DNA from: Solirubrobacteraceae bacterium
GTDB taxonomy: Bacteria > Actinomycetota > Thermoleophilia > Solirubrobacterales > Solirubrobacteraceae
Assembly: GCA_036490435.1 (NCBI GenBank)
Contig: DASXDW010000206.1
Coordinates: forward strand, 92 to 64,091
Length of the DNA stretch: 64,000 nucleotides
Reading direction: 5' to 3'
Every line of letters starts with the position of its first letter. Position 1 is the first letter of the stretch. Below, piece by piece: positions 11,723-21,576 of the stretch. Position numbers and translations under genes: made by a program. The notes beneath the pieces were generated by a model. The model was not told where the DNA came from, made no database searches, and saw nothing but the letters and a program-made list of their open reading frames with translations.

Positions 11723-13372
11723 ATGACGACTTACCCCACCCGGACCCCGGGTCACGGGCGGCTGCTTCGCGCTGCCCTGCTCGGCCTTCTGCTGACCGCC
11801 GCGGCGGCCATCGGCATCGCGCTCGGCTTCCTTCCCGGCTCCCCCGGCGGCTCGCATGCTCACGGCGCCCCGGCTGTGGGCGGGGGCCACCGTCCCGGGC
11901 GCGGCGTCTCGGCGAGTCTCCAGCCGGGCCCGGACCACCCCAACATCGTCTTCGTCCTCACCGACGACCTCTCGATGGACCTGCTGCCCTACATGCCTCA
12001 GGTACACCAGCTCCAGAACGCGGGCATGACGTTCCGGAACTACTTCGTCTCGGACTCGCTGTGCTGCCCGTCGCGCTCGTCGATCTTCACCGGCGAGTTC
12101 CCTCACAACACGGGGGTCTTCACCAACTCCGGAGCGATGGGCGGCCTCACCGCCTTCTACCACCACGACGACGAGGACCGGACGTTCAACGTCGCGCTTC
12201 ACGACGAGGGCTACCGCACCGCGATGATGGGCAAGTACATCAACGGCTACCTGGAGCCCGGCCGCTCGCCCATCGCCTCGACCACCATCCCGCCGGGGTG
12301 GTCGGAGTGGGACGTGGCCGGCTGGGGCTACCCCGAGTTCAACTACGACCTCAACATCGACGGCGTCGTCCATCACTTCGGGCACGCCCCGCGCGACTAC
12401 CTCACCGACGTGATCGCCCGCCGGGGCGTGGACTTCATCAACCGCTCGGCTCACATGGGCAGGCCGTTCTTTCTCGAGTTGGCGACCTTCGCGCCCCACA
12501 CGCCGTACGTTCCCGCGCCCCGTGACCGCGACCTGTATCCGGGCCTGACGGCGCCCGAGCCGCCCAACTTCGACACCCTCCCCTCTGACCCGCCGGCCTG
12601 GCTGGCGGGCCATTCCCCGCTGACCGATCAGCAGATCGACCAGATCAACTGGGTCTTCCGCCGCCGGGCGCAGGACGTCGCGTCCGTCGACGACATGGTC
12701 GCCCGGGTCCGGGCGGCGCTCGCGGCCGACGGGATCGCCAACAACACCTACATCGTGTTCAGCTCCGACAACGGCCTGCACACCGGCGAGTATCGGTTGA
12801 TGCCCGGCAAGCTCACGGCCTTCGATACCGATGTCCACGTCCCGCTCGTCGTGACCGGACCCGGCGTCCCCGCGGGAGCGTCCACCGATGCGATGAGCGA
12901 GAACGTCGACCTGGCGCAGACCTTCGCGGAGATCGGCGGCACGCGCATGGCCTCCACCGACGGCCGCAGCCTCCTCGGGCTCCTGCACGGAGACATCCCG
13001 GCCGATTGGCGCAACACCATCCTCATCGAGCATCACGGGCCCAAGCCCGATCCCGACGACCCCGACGAGCAGGACCGCTCCAGCGGGAACCCGCCCTCCT
13101 ATGAGGCGATCCGGAGCCCGACCTTCCTCTACGTCGAGTACAAGGACGGCGAGCGTGAGTTCTACGACCTCAGGGGCGATCCCTTCGAGCTCGACAACCT
13201 CGCCTCGAGCCTGTCACCGCGGGATCTGGCGGCGCTGCACGGGGATTTGATCAGATTTGAGCGGTGCCACGGAACGGCGTCCTGCTGGGCCGCGGGCCAT
13301 CTCGAGGCGACGCTCGCGGTCGGCCACCACCGACATCGCAGGCCACTTAATGCCAACATCGCCGCATCTTAA
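11723..13372 (+). CDS. Secreted/anchored Cys-type sulfatase (N-acetylglucosamine-6-sulfatase-like)
   Basis: PNIVFVLTDD, LCCPSRSSIFTG (CxPxR), GYRTAMMGKY, SSDNG; N-terminal hydrophobic segment. Confidence 0.92.
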   Translation: MTTYPTRTPGHGRLLRAALLGLLLTAAAAIGIALGFLPGSPGGSHAHGAPAVGGGHRPGRGVSASLQPGPDHPNIVFVLTDDLSMDLLPYMPQVHQLQNAGMTFRNYFVSDSLCCPSRSSIFTGEFPHNTGVFTNSGAMGGLTAFYHHDDEDRTFNVALHDEGYRTAMMGKYINGYLEPGRSPIASTTIPPGWSEWDVAGWGYPEFNYDLNIDGVVHHFGHAPRDYLTDVIARRGVDFINRSAHMGRPFFLELATFAPHTPYVPAPRDRDLYPGLTAPEPPNFDTLPSDPPAWLAGHSPLTDQQIDQINWVFRRRAQDVASVDDMVARVRAALAADGIANNTYIVFSSDNGLHTGEYRLMPGKLTAFDTDVHVPLVVTGPGVPAGASTDAMSENVDLAQTFAEIGGTRMASTDGRSLLGLLHGDIPADWRNTILIEHHGPKPDPDDPDEQDRSSGNPPSYEAIRSPTFLYVEYKDGEREFYDLRGDPFELDNLASSLSPRDLAALHGDLIRFERCHGTASCWAAGHLEATLAVGHHRHRRPLNANIAAS

Positions 13373-13499
13373 TCGGGGCTGGCTTGTTGACGTCTTAACG
13401 GCGAACCCGCATGCGGCCGCGCAGTGAGCTGTTTTTAGCGTCGCGGTCAGGGCTACGTCCCACAGCACGCCTGTCCCTCGACACATGGGTGGAACCACG

Positions 13500-15086
13500 A
13501 TGACGTTGAAATCGCTGCTGAGCAGGACAATCGTTGCGCTCGCCCTAGCGGGCGGGGGTGTACTGGGCGCTTTCGCCACCAGTGCGCACGCCGCCGCCGC
13601 AGCGCCGATCGGTGCCTTCACGACGAAGGGCGCGTACTCCTTCGTCTCGGCCCCGCGCCTGCACCCGCCCAAGTTGAGCACCACCGTCAAGACGCAGACG
13701 AGCAAGCTTGCCAAGGGCAACATCCTGGTTGACAACTTCCCCAACCTGACCGCGACCGGCCCCATGACGGGTGAGGGCGGGCCGATCATCCTGGACTCGA
13801 AGCTTCAGCCGGTCTGGTTTCTGCCGATCGGGACCAACGTCACCTCGACGAACCTCAAGCAGCAGACCTATAACGGCAAGCCGGTGCTCACCTACTGGAA
13901 GGGCGTCGTCACCAGCACCGGCGCCTCGACGAGCGGCGAGGTGGACATCGTCGACCAGCACTACCGCCACGTGGCGGCGATCAAAGCCACGGCTCCGTGG
14001 ATCGTCAGCGTCCACGACGCGGTGATCAGCGGCGGCAACATCTGGGTCACCGTCTACCGCACCGTCCCGAACACGGACCTGTCCGCCGAGGGCGGCTCGC
14101 CCACCGGCATCCTCTACGACTCCGGGGTCCAGGAGTTCAACATCAAGACCGGCAAGCTTCTGTACACGTGGGACGCGGCTGACCACGTTCCGCTGTCGCA
14201 GGCGCAGCAGCACGCTCCCTCACCCGCGGCCGCGGCCAATCCGTGGGACGCCTACCACATCAACTCGATCCAGTTGCTGCCCGGTAACGAGATGCTCGTG
14301 TCGCTGCGCAACACGTGGGCCGCGTACCTCATCAACACCAAGACCAGCCAGACGATCTGGACGCTGGGCGGCAACGCCTCGACGTTCAAGATCGCCGGCA
14401 ACGCCGGGTTCGCCTGGCAGCACGACGTGCAGATGCTCCCCCACAATCAGGTCTCGCTCTTCAACGACAACTGCTGCGCGATCACCGGCCCCGGCCAGTT
14501 CGGCCCAAGCAACGGTGCCTCCGGCGGGCTCGTGCTCAACCTGAACACGAGCGCGCACACGGCGTCGCTGGCCTCGTCCTACACGCACAAGAACCCGCCG
14601 CTGGACCCGGCGTTCCTCGGCAGCATGAGCGTGCTGCCCAACGGCAACGCGCTCGTGGGCTGGGGCTCGAACCCGTACTTCTCGGAGTACTCCAAGAGCG
14701 GTCAGCTTCTGCTGGACGCCAAGTGGCCGGGCAAGGACCTCAGCTACCGCGCGCAGTTCACGAGCAACTGGGTCGGGACCCCGTCCTTCCCGCCCAGCGG
14801 CGCCGCTCGCCGGGTCAAGGGCGGGAAGGTCGTGGTGTACGCGAGTTGGGACGGCGACACCCAGGTGACCTCGTGGAAGGTCTTGGCCGGATCGAACGCC
14901 AACAAGCTCCCCGTGGTGGCGTCGCACGCCAAGACGGGATTCGAGACCGCGATCGGACCTCCCAAGAACGCCAAGGTCTTCAAGGTGCAGGCCTTTGACG
15001 CCAAGGGTCATCTGCTGCGCACCTCGAAAGCGTTCAGCGTCGCGCAGGGCAACTCCCTGCCGGCGCCGCCTCCCGGGGGCTATTAG
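13500..15086 (+). CDS. Secreted arylsulfotransferase (ASST) family protein
   Basis: Signal peptide ending AHA; QTYNGKPVLTYWKG, WDAYHINS, SLRNT, FAWQHD, SYRA. Confidence 0.82.
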   Translation: MTLKSLLSRTIVALALAGGGVLGAFATSAHAAAAAPIGAFTTKGAYSFVSAPRLHPPKLSTTVKTQTSKLAKGNILVDNFPNLTATGPMTGEGGPIILDSKLQPVWFLPIGTNVTSTNLKQQTYNGKPVLTYWKGVVTSTGASTSGEVDIVDQHYRHVAAIKATAPWIVSVHDAVISGGNIWVTVYRTVPNTDLSAEGGSPTGILYDSGVQEFNIKTGKLLYTWDAADHVPLSQAQQHAPSPAAAANPWDAYHINSIQLLPGNEMLVSLRNTWAAYLINTKTSQTIWTLGGNASTFKIAGNAGFAWQHDVQMLPHNQVSLFNDNCCAITGPGQFGPSNGASGGLVLNLNTSAHTASLASSYTHKNPPLDPAFLGSMSVLPNGNALVGWGSNPYFSEYSKSGQLLLDAKWPGKDLSYRAQFTSNWVGTPSFPPSGAARRVKGGKVVVYASWDGDTQVTSWKVLAGSNANKLPVVASHAKTGFETAIGPPKNAKVFKVQAFDAKGHLLRTSKAFSVAQGNSLPAPPPGGY

Positions 15087-15252
15087 GCCAAGAGCCTTAC
15101 GCTGACCTGACCGGGGCGGTGACACTGTTTTGAGACCGTCACCGTCCCCGTTCAGGTTCCTCGTAACTATGCGACCGGGCGCGTGTTAGAGCGTGAACTC
15201 GACCCCCATGATGGGCTCGGTCTGAGCAGTGAAACGTCCACGAAGGAGATCG

Positions 15253-17058
15253 ATGTCCCACCTGCAGCGTCCGACCCGTCCTCACCGCGGCCGCCTGCGG
15301 CTGGCGGCCTCCGCGTTGTTCGTGTGCGCCGCAGCGGTGCTGGCCTCGGCAGCCGTCGCCGAGGCCGCGACGCCGGTCAGCGTGTTCCCCGTCCCGGGCG
15401 GCCATGTCGCCGCGCCGTCGACCCAGATCACGATCCGGGGCGTGCCGGCCAGCCAGATCGGGGCCGTCTCCGTGGTGGGATCCCAGAGCGGCGGGCACAC
15501 CGGACGCCTCGTGGGTGACTCGGACGGCCAGGGGGCGAGCTTCATCCCCAGCAAGCCGTTCAAGGCGGGCGAGACGGTGACGGTGCAGACGAGCCTGGAC
15601 GTCGTCGGGGGAAACGCGGGCACCTACAGCTTCACGATCGCCAACCCGGCCGGCGCCATTCCGCTGGCGGGCGTGCGCCCGGCGCCGCGGGTGCGCAACG
15701 ACATCACCCGGTTCGTCTCGCGCCCGGACCTCGCCCCCGCCGCCTTCACGGTGACCAAGCGGGCGTCGGCGTCGGCCGCCGCCGGTGGCGACCTGTTCAT
15801 CGGTGCGCAACACGGCCCGGTGCAGAACGGCCCGATGATCGTCGGTCCGTACGGCGGGCTCATCTGGTTCCAGAACGTGCCCCACAACGACACCGCCACT
15901 GACTTCAACGTCCAGACCTACCAGGGCAAGAAGGTGTTGACCTGGTGGCAGGGCAACGTCAGCTTCGCCGGGACCGGTGACGGAGTCGACGAGATCTACA
16001 ACAGCTCCTACCAGCACATCGCCACCGTCAAGGCGGCCAACGGGGTCAACTCCGACCTGCACGAGTTCACGATCACCGGCCAGAACACGGCGCTGGTCAC
16101 CGCGTACTACCCCGTCATCTGGAACGTTCCCGGCGCGAAGGGCACGACGCCCCGCATCGTGCTCGATGGCGTGGTGCAGGAGATCGACATTCCCACCGGT
16201 CTCGTCCTCTTCCAGTGGGACAGCCTCGACCACGTGCCGGTCACCGCCAGCTACCAGCCGATCCCCAAGAACACCGGCCATCCCTGGGACTACTTCCACC
16301 TCAACTCCGCCCAGTTGATCGGCAACGGCGACGTGATCATCTCGTCGCGCGACACCTGGGCGGTCTACGACGTCTCGCACCAGAGCGGTCAGACCGTGTG
16401 GACGCTCGGGGGCAAGGCCTCGAGCTTCAAGATGGGCAACGGCGCCTCGTTCGCCTTCCAGCACGACGCGCGACTCGTGTCGCCCACTCTGATGACCGTC
16501 TTCGACGATGGCGGCGGACCGCCCGCCGTGCACAAGCAGTCGCGCGGACTGACGCTGCGCCTTGACACGACCCACATGACGGCGTCGCTCGTGCGGCAGG
16601 ACGACCACGCGCCCCCGGTCCTGTCCTTCTACGAGGGCTCTGACCAGTTGCTGCGCAACGGGGACTCGCTCGTCGGCTACGGCTCACAGCCATGGGTCAC
16701 GGAGTTCGACTCGCACGGGAAGACCGTCTTCGACGGCCGCTTCGTCGACGCCAACACGTGCTATCGGGCCTACCGCTACCAGTGGACGGGCACGCCCACC
16801 ACGTCCCCGGCCATCGGCACCCGCACCAGCAACGGCAAGACCACCGTATATGCCAGCTGGAACGGCGCCACCGCGCTCGCCCGCTGGCAGGTACTGGGTG
16901 GCAGCAGCCCGTCAAAGCTCTCGGTGGTGGCCAGCGCCGGCAAGGCGGCGTTCGAGACGCCGATCGCGCTGCGCCGCCACTCCACCTACGTCGCGGTGCG
17001 CGCGCTGGACTCTCGCGGGCACGTGCTGGCCACGTCGCACACCGTGAAGTCCTCCTAG
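15253..17058 (+). CDS. Secreted arylsulfotransferase (ASST) family protein with N-terminal Ig-like domain
   Basis: SD AAGGAG; signal peptide; DLHEF, WDYFHLNS, SSRDT, FQHDAR, YRAYR. Confidence 0.85.
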   Translation: MSHLQRPTRPHRGRLRLAASALFVCAAAVLASAAVAEAATPVSVFPVPGGHVAAPSTQITIRGVPASQIGAVSVVGSQSGGHTGRLVGDSDGQGASFIPSKPFKAGETVTVQTSLDVVGGNAGTYSFTIANPAGAIPLAGVRPAPRVRNDITRFVSRPDLAPAAFTVTKRASASAAAGGDLFIGAQHGPVQNGPMIVGPYGGLIWFQNVPHNDTATDFNVQTYQGKKVLTWWQGNVSFAGTGDGVDEIYNSSYQHIATVKAANGVNSDLHEFTITGQNTALVTAYYPVIWNVPGAKGTTPRIVLDGVVQEIDIPTGLVLFQWDSLDHVPVTASYQPIPKNTGHPWDYFHLNSAQLIGNGDVIISSRDTWAVYDVSHQSGQTVWTLGGKASSFKMGNGASFAFQHDARLVSPTLMTVFDDGGGPPAVHKQSRGLTLRLDTTHMTASLVRQDDHAPPVLSFYEGSDQLLRNGDSLVGYGSQPWVTEFDSHGKTVFDGRFVDANTCYRAYRYQWTGTPTTSPAIGTRTSNGKTTVYASWNGATALARWQVLGGSSPSKLSVVASAGKAAFETPIALRRHSTYVAVRALDSRGHVLATSHTVKSS

Positions 17059-17095
17059 CGCTCCAGGCGTCCTCACCTGGTCAGAGCGTTGGCTC

Positions 17096-17563
17096 TCAGA
17101 GGTCGATTTCGTAGCGGATGAAGCCGCGATTGGTGGCCACGCGGTCATACACGCGGCGTGCGGTGGCGTTGGACTCATGCGTGCTCCAGTACAGGCGCAT
17201 GCACCCGCGCTCTCGCGCCCAGGCGGCGACCGCTTCGATGAGGGCCGTGGCCGCGCCCTGACCTCGGCTCTCCGGCGCGGTGAAGAGGTCCTGCAGATAG
17301 CAGACGTCGGGGCCGGAGGTGTTGGCGTGGATGAAGAAGTGGGCGATCCCGATCAGCTCGCCGTCGGACCGCGCACCGAGGGCATGCATCCGAGCGCCGC
17401 TGCGCAACTCGCGCCACGCCTGGTCGTAGCGCTCATCGGGGAGCGTGCGCTCGTAGAAGTCGATGTAGCCGCGAAACAGGGACTCCCACACCGCGCGGTC
17501 CGCGTCCGTGAGCGGCCCGATCTGCAGGCTGCCGTCGGAGGCGGGCGCCACGCCCCGGGTCAA
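17096..17563 (-). CDS. GNAT N-acetyltransferase
   Basis: CYLQDLFTAPESRGQGAATALI, N..ARRVYDRV; TTG start overlaps upstream stop. Confidence 0.88.
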   Translation of the reverse strand: MTRGVAPASDGSLQIGPLTDADRAVWESLFRGYIDFYERTLPDERYDQAWRELRSGARMHALGARSDGELIGIAHFFIHANTSGPDVCYLQDLFTAPESRGQGAATALIEAVAAWARERGCMRLYWSTHESNATARRVYDRVATNRGFIRYEIDL

Positions 17564-17994
17564 GTCGTGACCGCGTCGGCGAGGTTGGCCAGTACCTGGG
17601 CGTAGATGCGGCGCATCCCCATCGGCGCGAAGAAGCCCTCGAAGATCCCGGCGATCCCACCGGCTCCGTCCCACGAGCTCTCCACCGTCACCTCGCTGCC
17701 GGTGGGCGTCGGATCGACGTGCCAGGTGGTGACGAAGGACGAGAGCTGGTCTGACTCCTGCAGGCCGCCCGGGCTCTCGTAGACGTGGAGGCGGTAGTCG
17801 CGCTCGCGCCCGCCGGCGGCGAAGTGGTAGGCGTACACCGTGCCCTCGCCCTTACCCCCCTGCTCGACCCGGTAGGCGGTGTAATTGCTGGTGAGGATCG
17901 GCTCGCGCGCCTCGCGGTAGTCGCGCAGGACGTCCAGGATCTTCTCCGGCGCCGCCGGGATCTGGAGGCTCGCTTGTGCGACGACACGGGACAT
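17560..17994 (-). CDS. SRPBCC / polyketide cyclase-like protein
   Basis: IPAAPEKILDVLRDY...SSFVTTWHV...SWDGAGGIAGIFEGFFAP. Confidence 0.8.
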   Translation of the reverse strand: MSRVVAQASLQIPAAPEKILDVLRDYREAREPILTSNYTAYRVEQGGKGEGTVYAYHFAAGGRERDYRLHVYESPGGLQESDQLSSFVTTWHVDPTPTGSEVTVESSWDGAGGIAGIFEGFFAPMGMRRIYAQVLANLADAVTT

Positions 17995-18058
17995 GCTGCG
18001 ATTGTCGCATCGCACGAAGATGCGTACGTCGGCCAAAGATGGATAGCGTCCCGTGGAG

Positions 18059-19024
18059 ATGCTTGCCGTCTATGCCGCCGAGATCAACCCCGAGGACCCG
18101 CTGGCGGGCCTCGCCGTGGGCGACATGCCCGAACCGTCGCCGCCTGACGGGTGGACGACCGTCTCCGTCAAGGCCGCCGCGCTCAACCACCATGACCTGT
18201 GGTCGCTGCGGGGTGTGGGCCTCGGCGCCGATGCACTGCCGATGATCCTCGGCTGCGACGCGGCCGGCACCGACGAGGACGGCAACGAGGTCATCGTGCA
18301 TGCGGTGATCACCAGCGACTCCTGGCGCGGAGACGACACGCTGGATCCCCGCCGCTCGCTGCTCTCCGAGCGCTACCCGGGCACCCTGGCCGAGAAGGTG
18401 GCCGTCCCCGCGCGCAACATCGTCCCCAAGCCGCCCGAACTGTCCTTCGAGCACGCGGCGTGCCTGCCGACCGCCTGGCTCACGGCCTACCGCATGCTCT
18501 TCACCCGCGGCCGCGTGACGCCGGGCATGACCGTGCTCGTCCAGGGCGCCGGCGGCGGCGTGGCTACGGCGCTGACCGTGCTGGGCAGCGCGGCCGGGGT
18601 CCGCATGTGGGTGACCAGCCGATCGGAGGCCAAGCGGGCCGAGGCGCTGGGGCTGGGAGCCGAGCAGGCCTTCGAGGCCGGGGCGCGGCTGCCCGAGCGC
18701 GTGGACGCCGTCATGGAGACCGTGGGCAAGGCGACCTGGGGCCACTCCGTGCGGTCGCTGAAGCCGGGCGGCAAGCTCGTGGTCACCGGGGCCACCTCGG
18801 GCGACGCGTCGCCGGCTGAGCTGACCCGCGTGTTCTTCCTGCAACTCGAGGTGATCGGCTCCACCATGGGCACCCGCGACGAGCTCGAGCGGCTGATGCG
18901 CTTCTGCCTCGAGCGCGACATCCGGCCCGCCGTGCACGCCACCCTGCCGCTGGCCGACGCCCGGCAGGGGTTCGAGGCGCTGCTGTCAGGCGACGTGGTC
19001 GGCAAGGTGGTCTTCACGCCTTAG
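18059..19024 (+). CDS. MDR-family zinc-binding dehydrogenase / quinone oxidoreductase
   Basis: ALNHHDLW, ILGCDAAG, AWLTAYRML, VLVQGAGGGVA, GSTMGT. Confidence 0.9.
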   Translation: MLAVYAAEINPEDPLAGLAVGDMPEPSPPDGWTTVSVKAAALNHHDLWSLRGVGLGADALPMILGCDAAGTDEDGNEVIVHAVITSDSWRGDDTLDPRRSLLSERYPGTLAEKVAVPARNIVPKPPELSFEHAACLPTAWLTAYRMLFTRGRVTPGMTVLVQGAGGGVATALTVLGSAAGVRMWVTSRSEAKRAEALGLGAEQAFEAGARLPERVDAVMETVGKATWGHSVRSLKPGGKLVVTGATSGDASPAELTRVFFLQLEVIGSTMGTRDELERLMRFCLERDIRPAVHATLPLADARQGFEALLSGDVVGKVVFTP

Positions 19025-19079
19025 TCCGGCGCCGCCGGCGGCGAAAATCAGCCGTTCGCAGGGAGTCTTTGGGAGTCAT

Positions 19080-19116
19080 TGGGAGATAGTTCTGCTCAGA
19101 GCAGAACAATCTCCCA
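19080..19116. repeat. 37-bp near-perfect palindrome between convergent genes
   Basis: TGGGAGATAGTTCTGCTC-A-GAGCAGAACAATCTCCCA, preceded by GGGAGTC repeats at 10-nt pitch. Confidence 0.7.
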
Positions 19117-19220
19117 CAGCCCCACCGGAGCGCCCCGCTGGTCGCCAGCGACCTCGCGACCTGCCCGTCGAGAGCCGCAGTTGACGTTCCCCCCGCACCA
19201 GGGGCAACGCAACGGACCAG

Positions 19221-20156
19221 CTACTCGAAGGTGATCACGGCCCGGCCGCGCAGGCCGCCGGCATCCATCAGCCGGTGGGCCTCGGCCGCCTGCTCGGGCG
19301 GATATGTGCCCGCCACCCGCAGAGCCAACCGGCCCTCAGACGCCAGGCGGCGCAGGTCGAGAAGCCACTCGGTCCGCTCAATGACCTCACGGACGAAGAC
19401 CGGGTGCACCTCGATCCCCCGGGGCGCGTCGCCGCCATGCCACCCGCGCACCACCGCCAGCCCGCCGCCATCCCGGATGGCGCCGAAGGCGTCCTCGTTG
19501 AGCAGCGCCGTGTCGTAGACCGCGGCGGCCCCCTCAGGCGAGACGGCGCGCACCGCGCCGGCGAAATCGTCGGAGCGCGCCACCACGATGTCGGCGCCGA
19601 AGCCGCGCACCAGGTCCTCCTCCCCGGACTTGGCATCGGCGATCACGCGCAGGCCACGCTCGCGGGCCAGACCGATCACGTAGGAGGCCAGCAGGCCGGC
19701 GCCGCCACTCACGGCAAGGGTCTCCCCGGCCGCCAGCCCCAGCATCTGCAGCCCGCGCAGGGCGGTGAGCCCGTTCATCGGCAGGGTCGCCGCCTGCTCG
19801 AGCGTCGCCCCGGCCGGGATCTCGACGACGGAGGCAGCGGGCACCACCAGCAGCGACGCCTGGGCCCCGCCCTCTGACCGCCGCGGGCTGACGGCCGCCA
19901 TCACGCGGTCTCCGGGCGCGAGGCGCTCGACCCCGGGGCCGACGGACTCGATCGTCCCGGCGGCGTCCATCCCGGGCGTCCACGGCGAGTCGATCCCGTC
20001 GGCGCCTACCGCCCGCAGGCCGATATCGGTCGGGTTGACCGCCGCGGCGGCCACCGCGATCCGGACCTCGCCCTCGACCGGCTCGCGGACCGCGCGCTCG
20101 ATCACACCGAGAACCTCGGGTCCCCCGGGTGTTGAGATGCCGACCGCGCGTGCCAC
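19221..20156 (-). CDS. NADP-dependent MDR oxidoreductase
   Basis: GGPEVL, AAVNPTD, PGMDAAG, LPMNGLTA, GGLRGRAVI. Confidence 0.88.
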   Translation of the reverse strand: MARAVGISTPGGPEVLGVIERAVREPVEGEVRIAVAAAAVNPTDIGLRAVGADGIDSPWTPGMDAAGTIESVGPGVERLAPGDRVMAAVSPRRSEGGAQASLLVVPAASVVEIPAGATLEQAATLPMNGLTALRGLQMLGLAAGETLAVSGGAGLLASYVIGLARERGLRVIADAKSGEEDLVRGFGADIVVARSDDFAGAVRAVSPEGAAAVYDTALLNEDAFGAIRDGGGLAVVRGWHGGDAPRGIEVHPVFVREVIERTEWLLDLRRLASEGRLALRVAGTYPPEQAAEAHRLMDAGGLRGRAVITFE

Positions 20157-20167
20157 GGCCTCGGAGG

Positions 20168-20932
20168 CTAGCGAGGAGGCTCCGAGGGGCCGCCGTCGGG
20201 CGCGCCCAGGCGGATCGAGGCGTGCAGCTCGTCGTCGCCGACGATCCAGCGGTAGCTCCCGTCGGCCACCACGCGCTTGGCGCCCGGCTGGGCCGGAGCG
20301 CGGTACTCGATCTCGACGTCCAGCTCCTCGGGATCCTCGCCGGCCAGCAACTCCTCCTCCAGCGGCTGCCAGTAGGCGGCGTTGTTGATGTGGTCGGCGA
20401 TGTCGCACTCGGTGGCGCGGAAGATCCATCCCACGCCGCCCGCGGTCGTCTCGGGGGTGGGATGGCGCAGGCGGGCGCTCACGCGCCGCGGCGGCATGCC
20501 CCCGTAGACATCGATCTCGCCCTGGGTCAGCGGCGACGGCCGCCAGCGCTCAGCATCGAGGTGGACCCACAGGGAGACCGCCTCCACGTCTGGAGCGCTG
20601 CCATCCAGCGCGTCGGCGTCGACGATGTCCGTGCGGCGCTCGGCCCACATCCGCCCGATGCCGCTGCAGAACGTGGTGAGGGCGAACTGCTGGCCGAAGC
20701 GGGGGAAGCGGTTGACTCGGATGCGCGTGCGGCGCACCACCCACACCGCCGCCTCAGCCACTCCGGCGTCGTGCACGTCGGCATAGGCCACGTCCTGCAG
20801 CCAGCAGGCGAGCGCGTCGAGGCGGACGCGGCCCGAGGGGGCGCAGTCGGCAAAGCCCGGCCGGCGCGGCTGGCTGAACGCGCGCACGCCGGGATGGCGC
20901 GCCAGGAACCGCATCTCCTGGCCGCCGCTCAC
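20168..20932 (-). CDS. Acyl-ACP thioesterase (double hotdog)
   Basis: RVRLDALACWLQDVA, WVVRRT, DIADHINNAAYW. Confidence 0.85.
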   Translation of the reverse strand: MSGGQEMRFLARHPGVRAFSQPRRPGFADCAPSGRVRLDALACWLQDVAYADVHDAGVAEAAVWVVRRTRIRVNRFPRFGQQFALTTFCSGIGRMWAERRTDIVDADALDGSAPDVEAVSLWVHLDAERWRPSPLTQGEIDVYGGMPPRRVSARLRHPTPETTAGGVGWIFRATECDIADHINNAAYWQPLEEELLAGEDPEELDVEIEYRAPAQPGAKRVVADGSYRWIVGDDELHASIRLGAPDGGPSEPPR

Positions 20933-20960
20933 GTCATCTCACCGGTGTGCGGAGCGCAGA

Positions 20961-21326
20961 TCAGCCCGGGCGGCCCATGGCGGCCAGGATCCAGGCGATG
21001 AAGATGCCCTGGAACGGGAGACGCGCCCACAGGGCACGTGCGCCACCCGGGACCTTCGGGAAGTCCTCGGGGTGCAGCGCCATGTGCAGGTTGGCCGGGA
21101 ACACCGCAACCAGCGTCGCGATCAGCCACCACCCGGCACGCCGCCGGTGGCGCGCCATCATCAGGCCGGCGCCGCCCGCGATCTCGGCCACACCGCTGGC
21201 GTAGACCATCGTCGTATGGGCGGGGACGTACGGCGGCATGATCCGCCGATAGGCCCTGGGGATGACGAAATGCATGACTCCCGCGAACACGAAAAACGGG
21301 CCGGCGAGGCGACGAATGACGGACAC
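20961..21326 (-). CDS. DoxX-like membrane protein
   Basis: AGVMHF...IMPPYVP...SGVAEI...VFPANLHMA...RLPFQ. Confidence 0.82.
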   Translation of the reverse strand: MSVIRRLAGPFFVFAGVMHFVIPRAYRRIMPPYVPAHTTMVYASGVAEIAGGAGLMMARHRRRAGWWLIATLVAVFPANLHMALHPEDFPKVPGGARALWARLPFQGIFIAWILAAMGRPG

Positions 21327-21480
21327 CGCGAAGAACTTATCGAAATCCGCCGAGCTGCCGATAACAACCCTGCGTACGCGCTCGCAGGGGGCGCGTGCGC
21401 ATCTCTCCTCTCTCAGTTGAGCGGGCCGGCTCCTCTCTTTCCCCAAGGAGCCGGTCCTCTCATCTGCCCACTCCGTGGGT

Positions 21481-21508
21481 TCAGACGTCCGTCTTAGGCG
21501 CTTCATAG
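21481..21508 (+). promoter_or_regulatory. Possible OmpR/MprA-type direct-repeat box
   Basis: TCAGAC, TCTTAG, TCATAG at 11-nt pitch upstream of the GT2-GtrA gene. Confidence 0.35.
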
Positions 21509-21576
21509 GGCCGGCTTCGGCTGGCTGACGATGCTGCTGGCAGTCACCCCCTCCCCCTGAGACTGCGAGCCTGACC

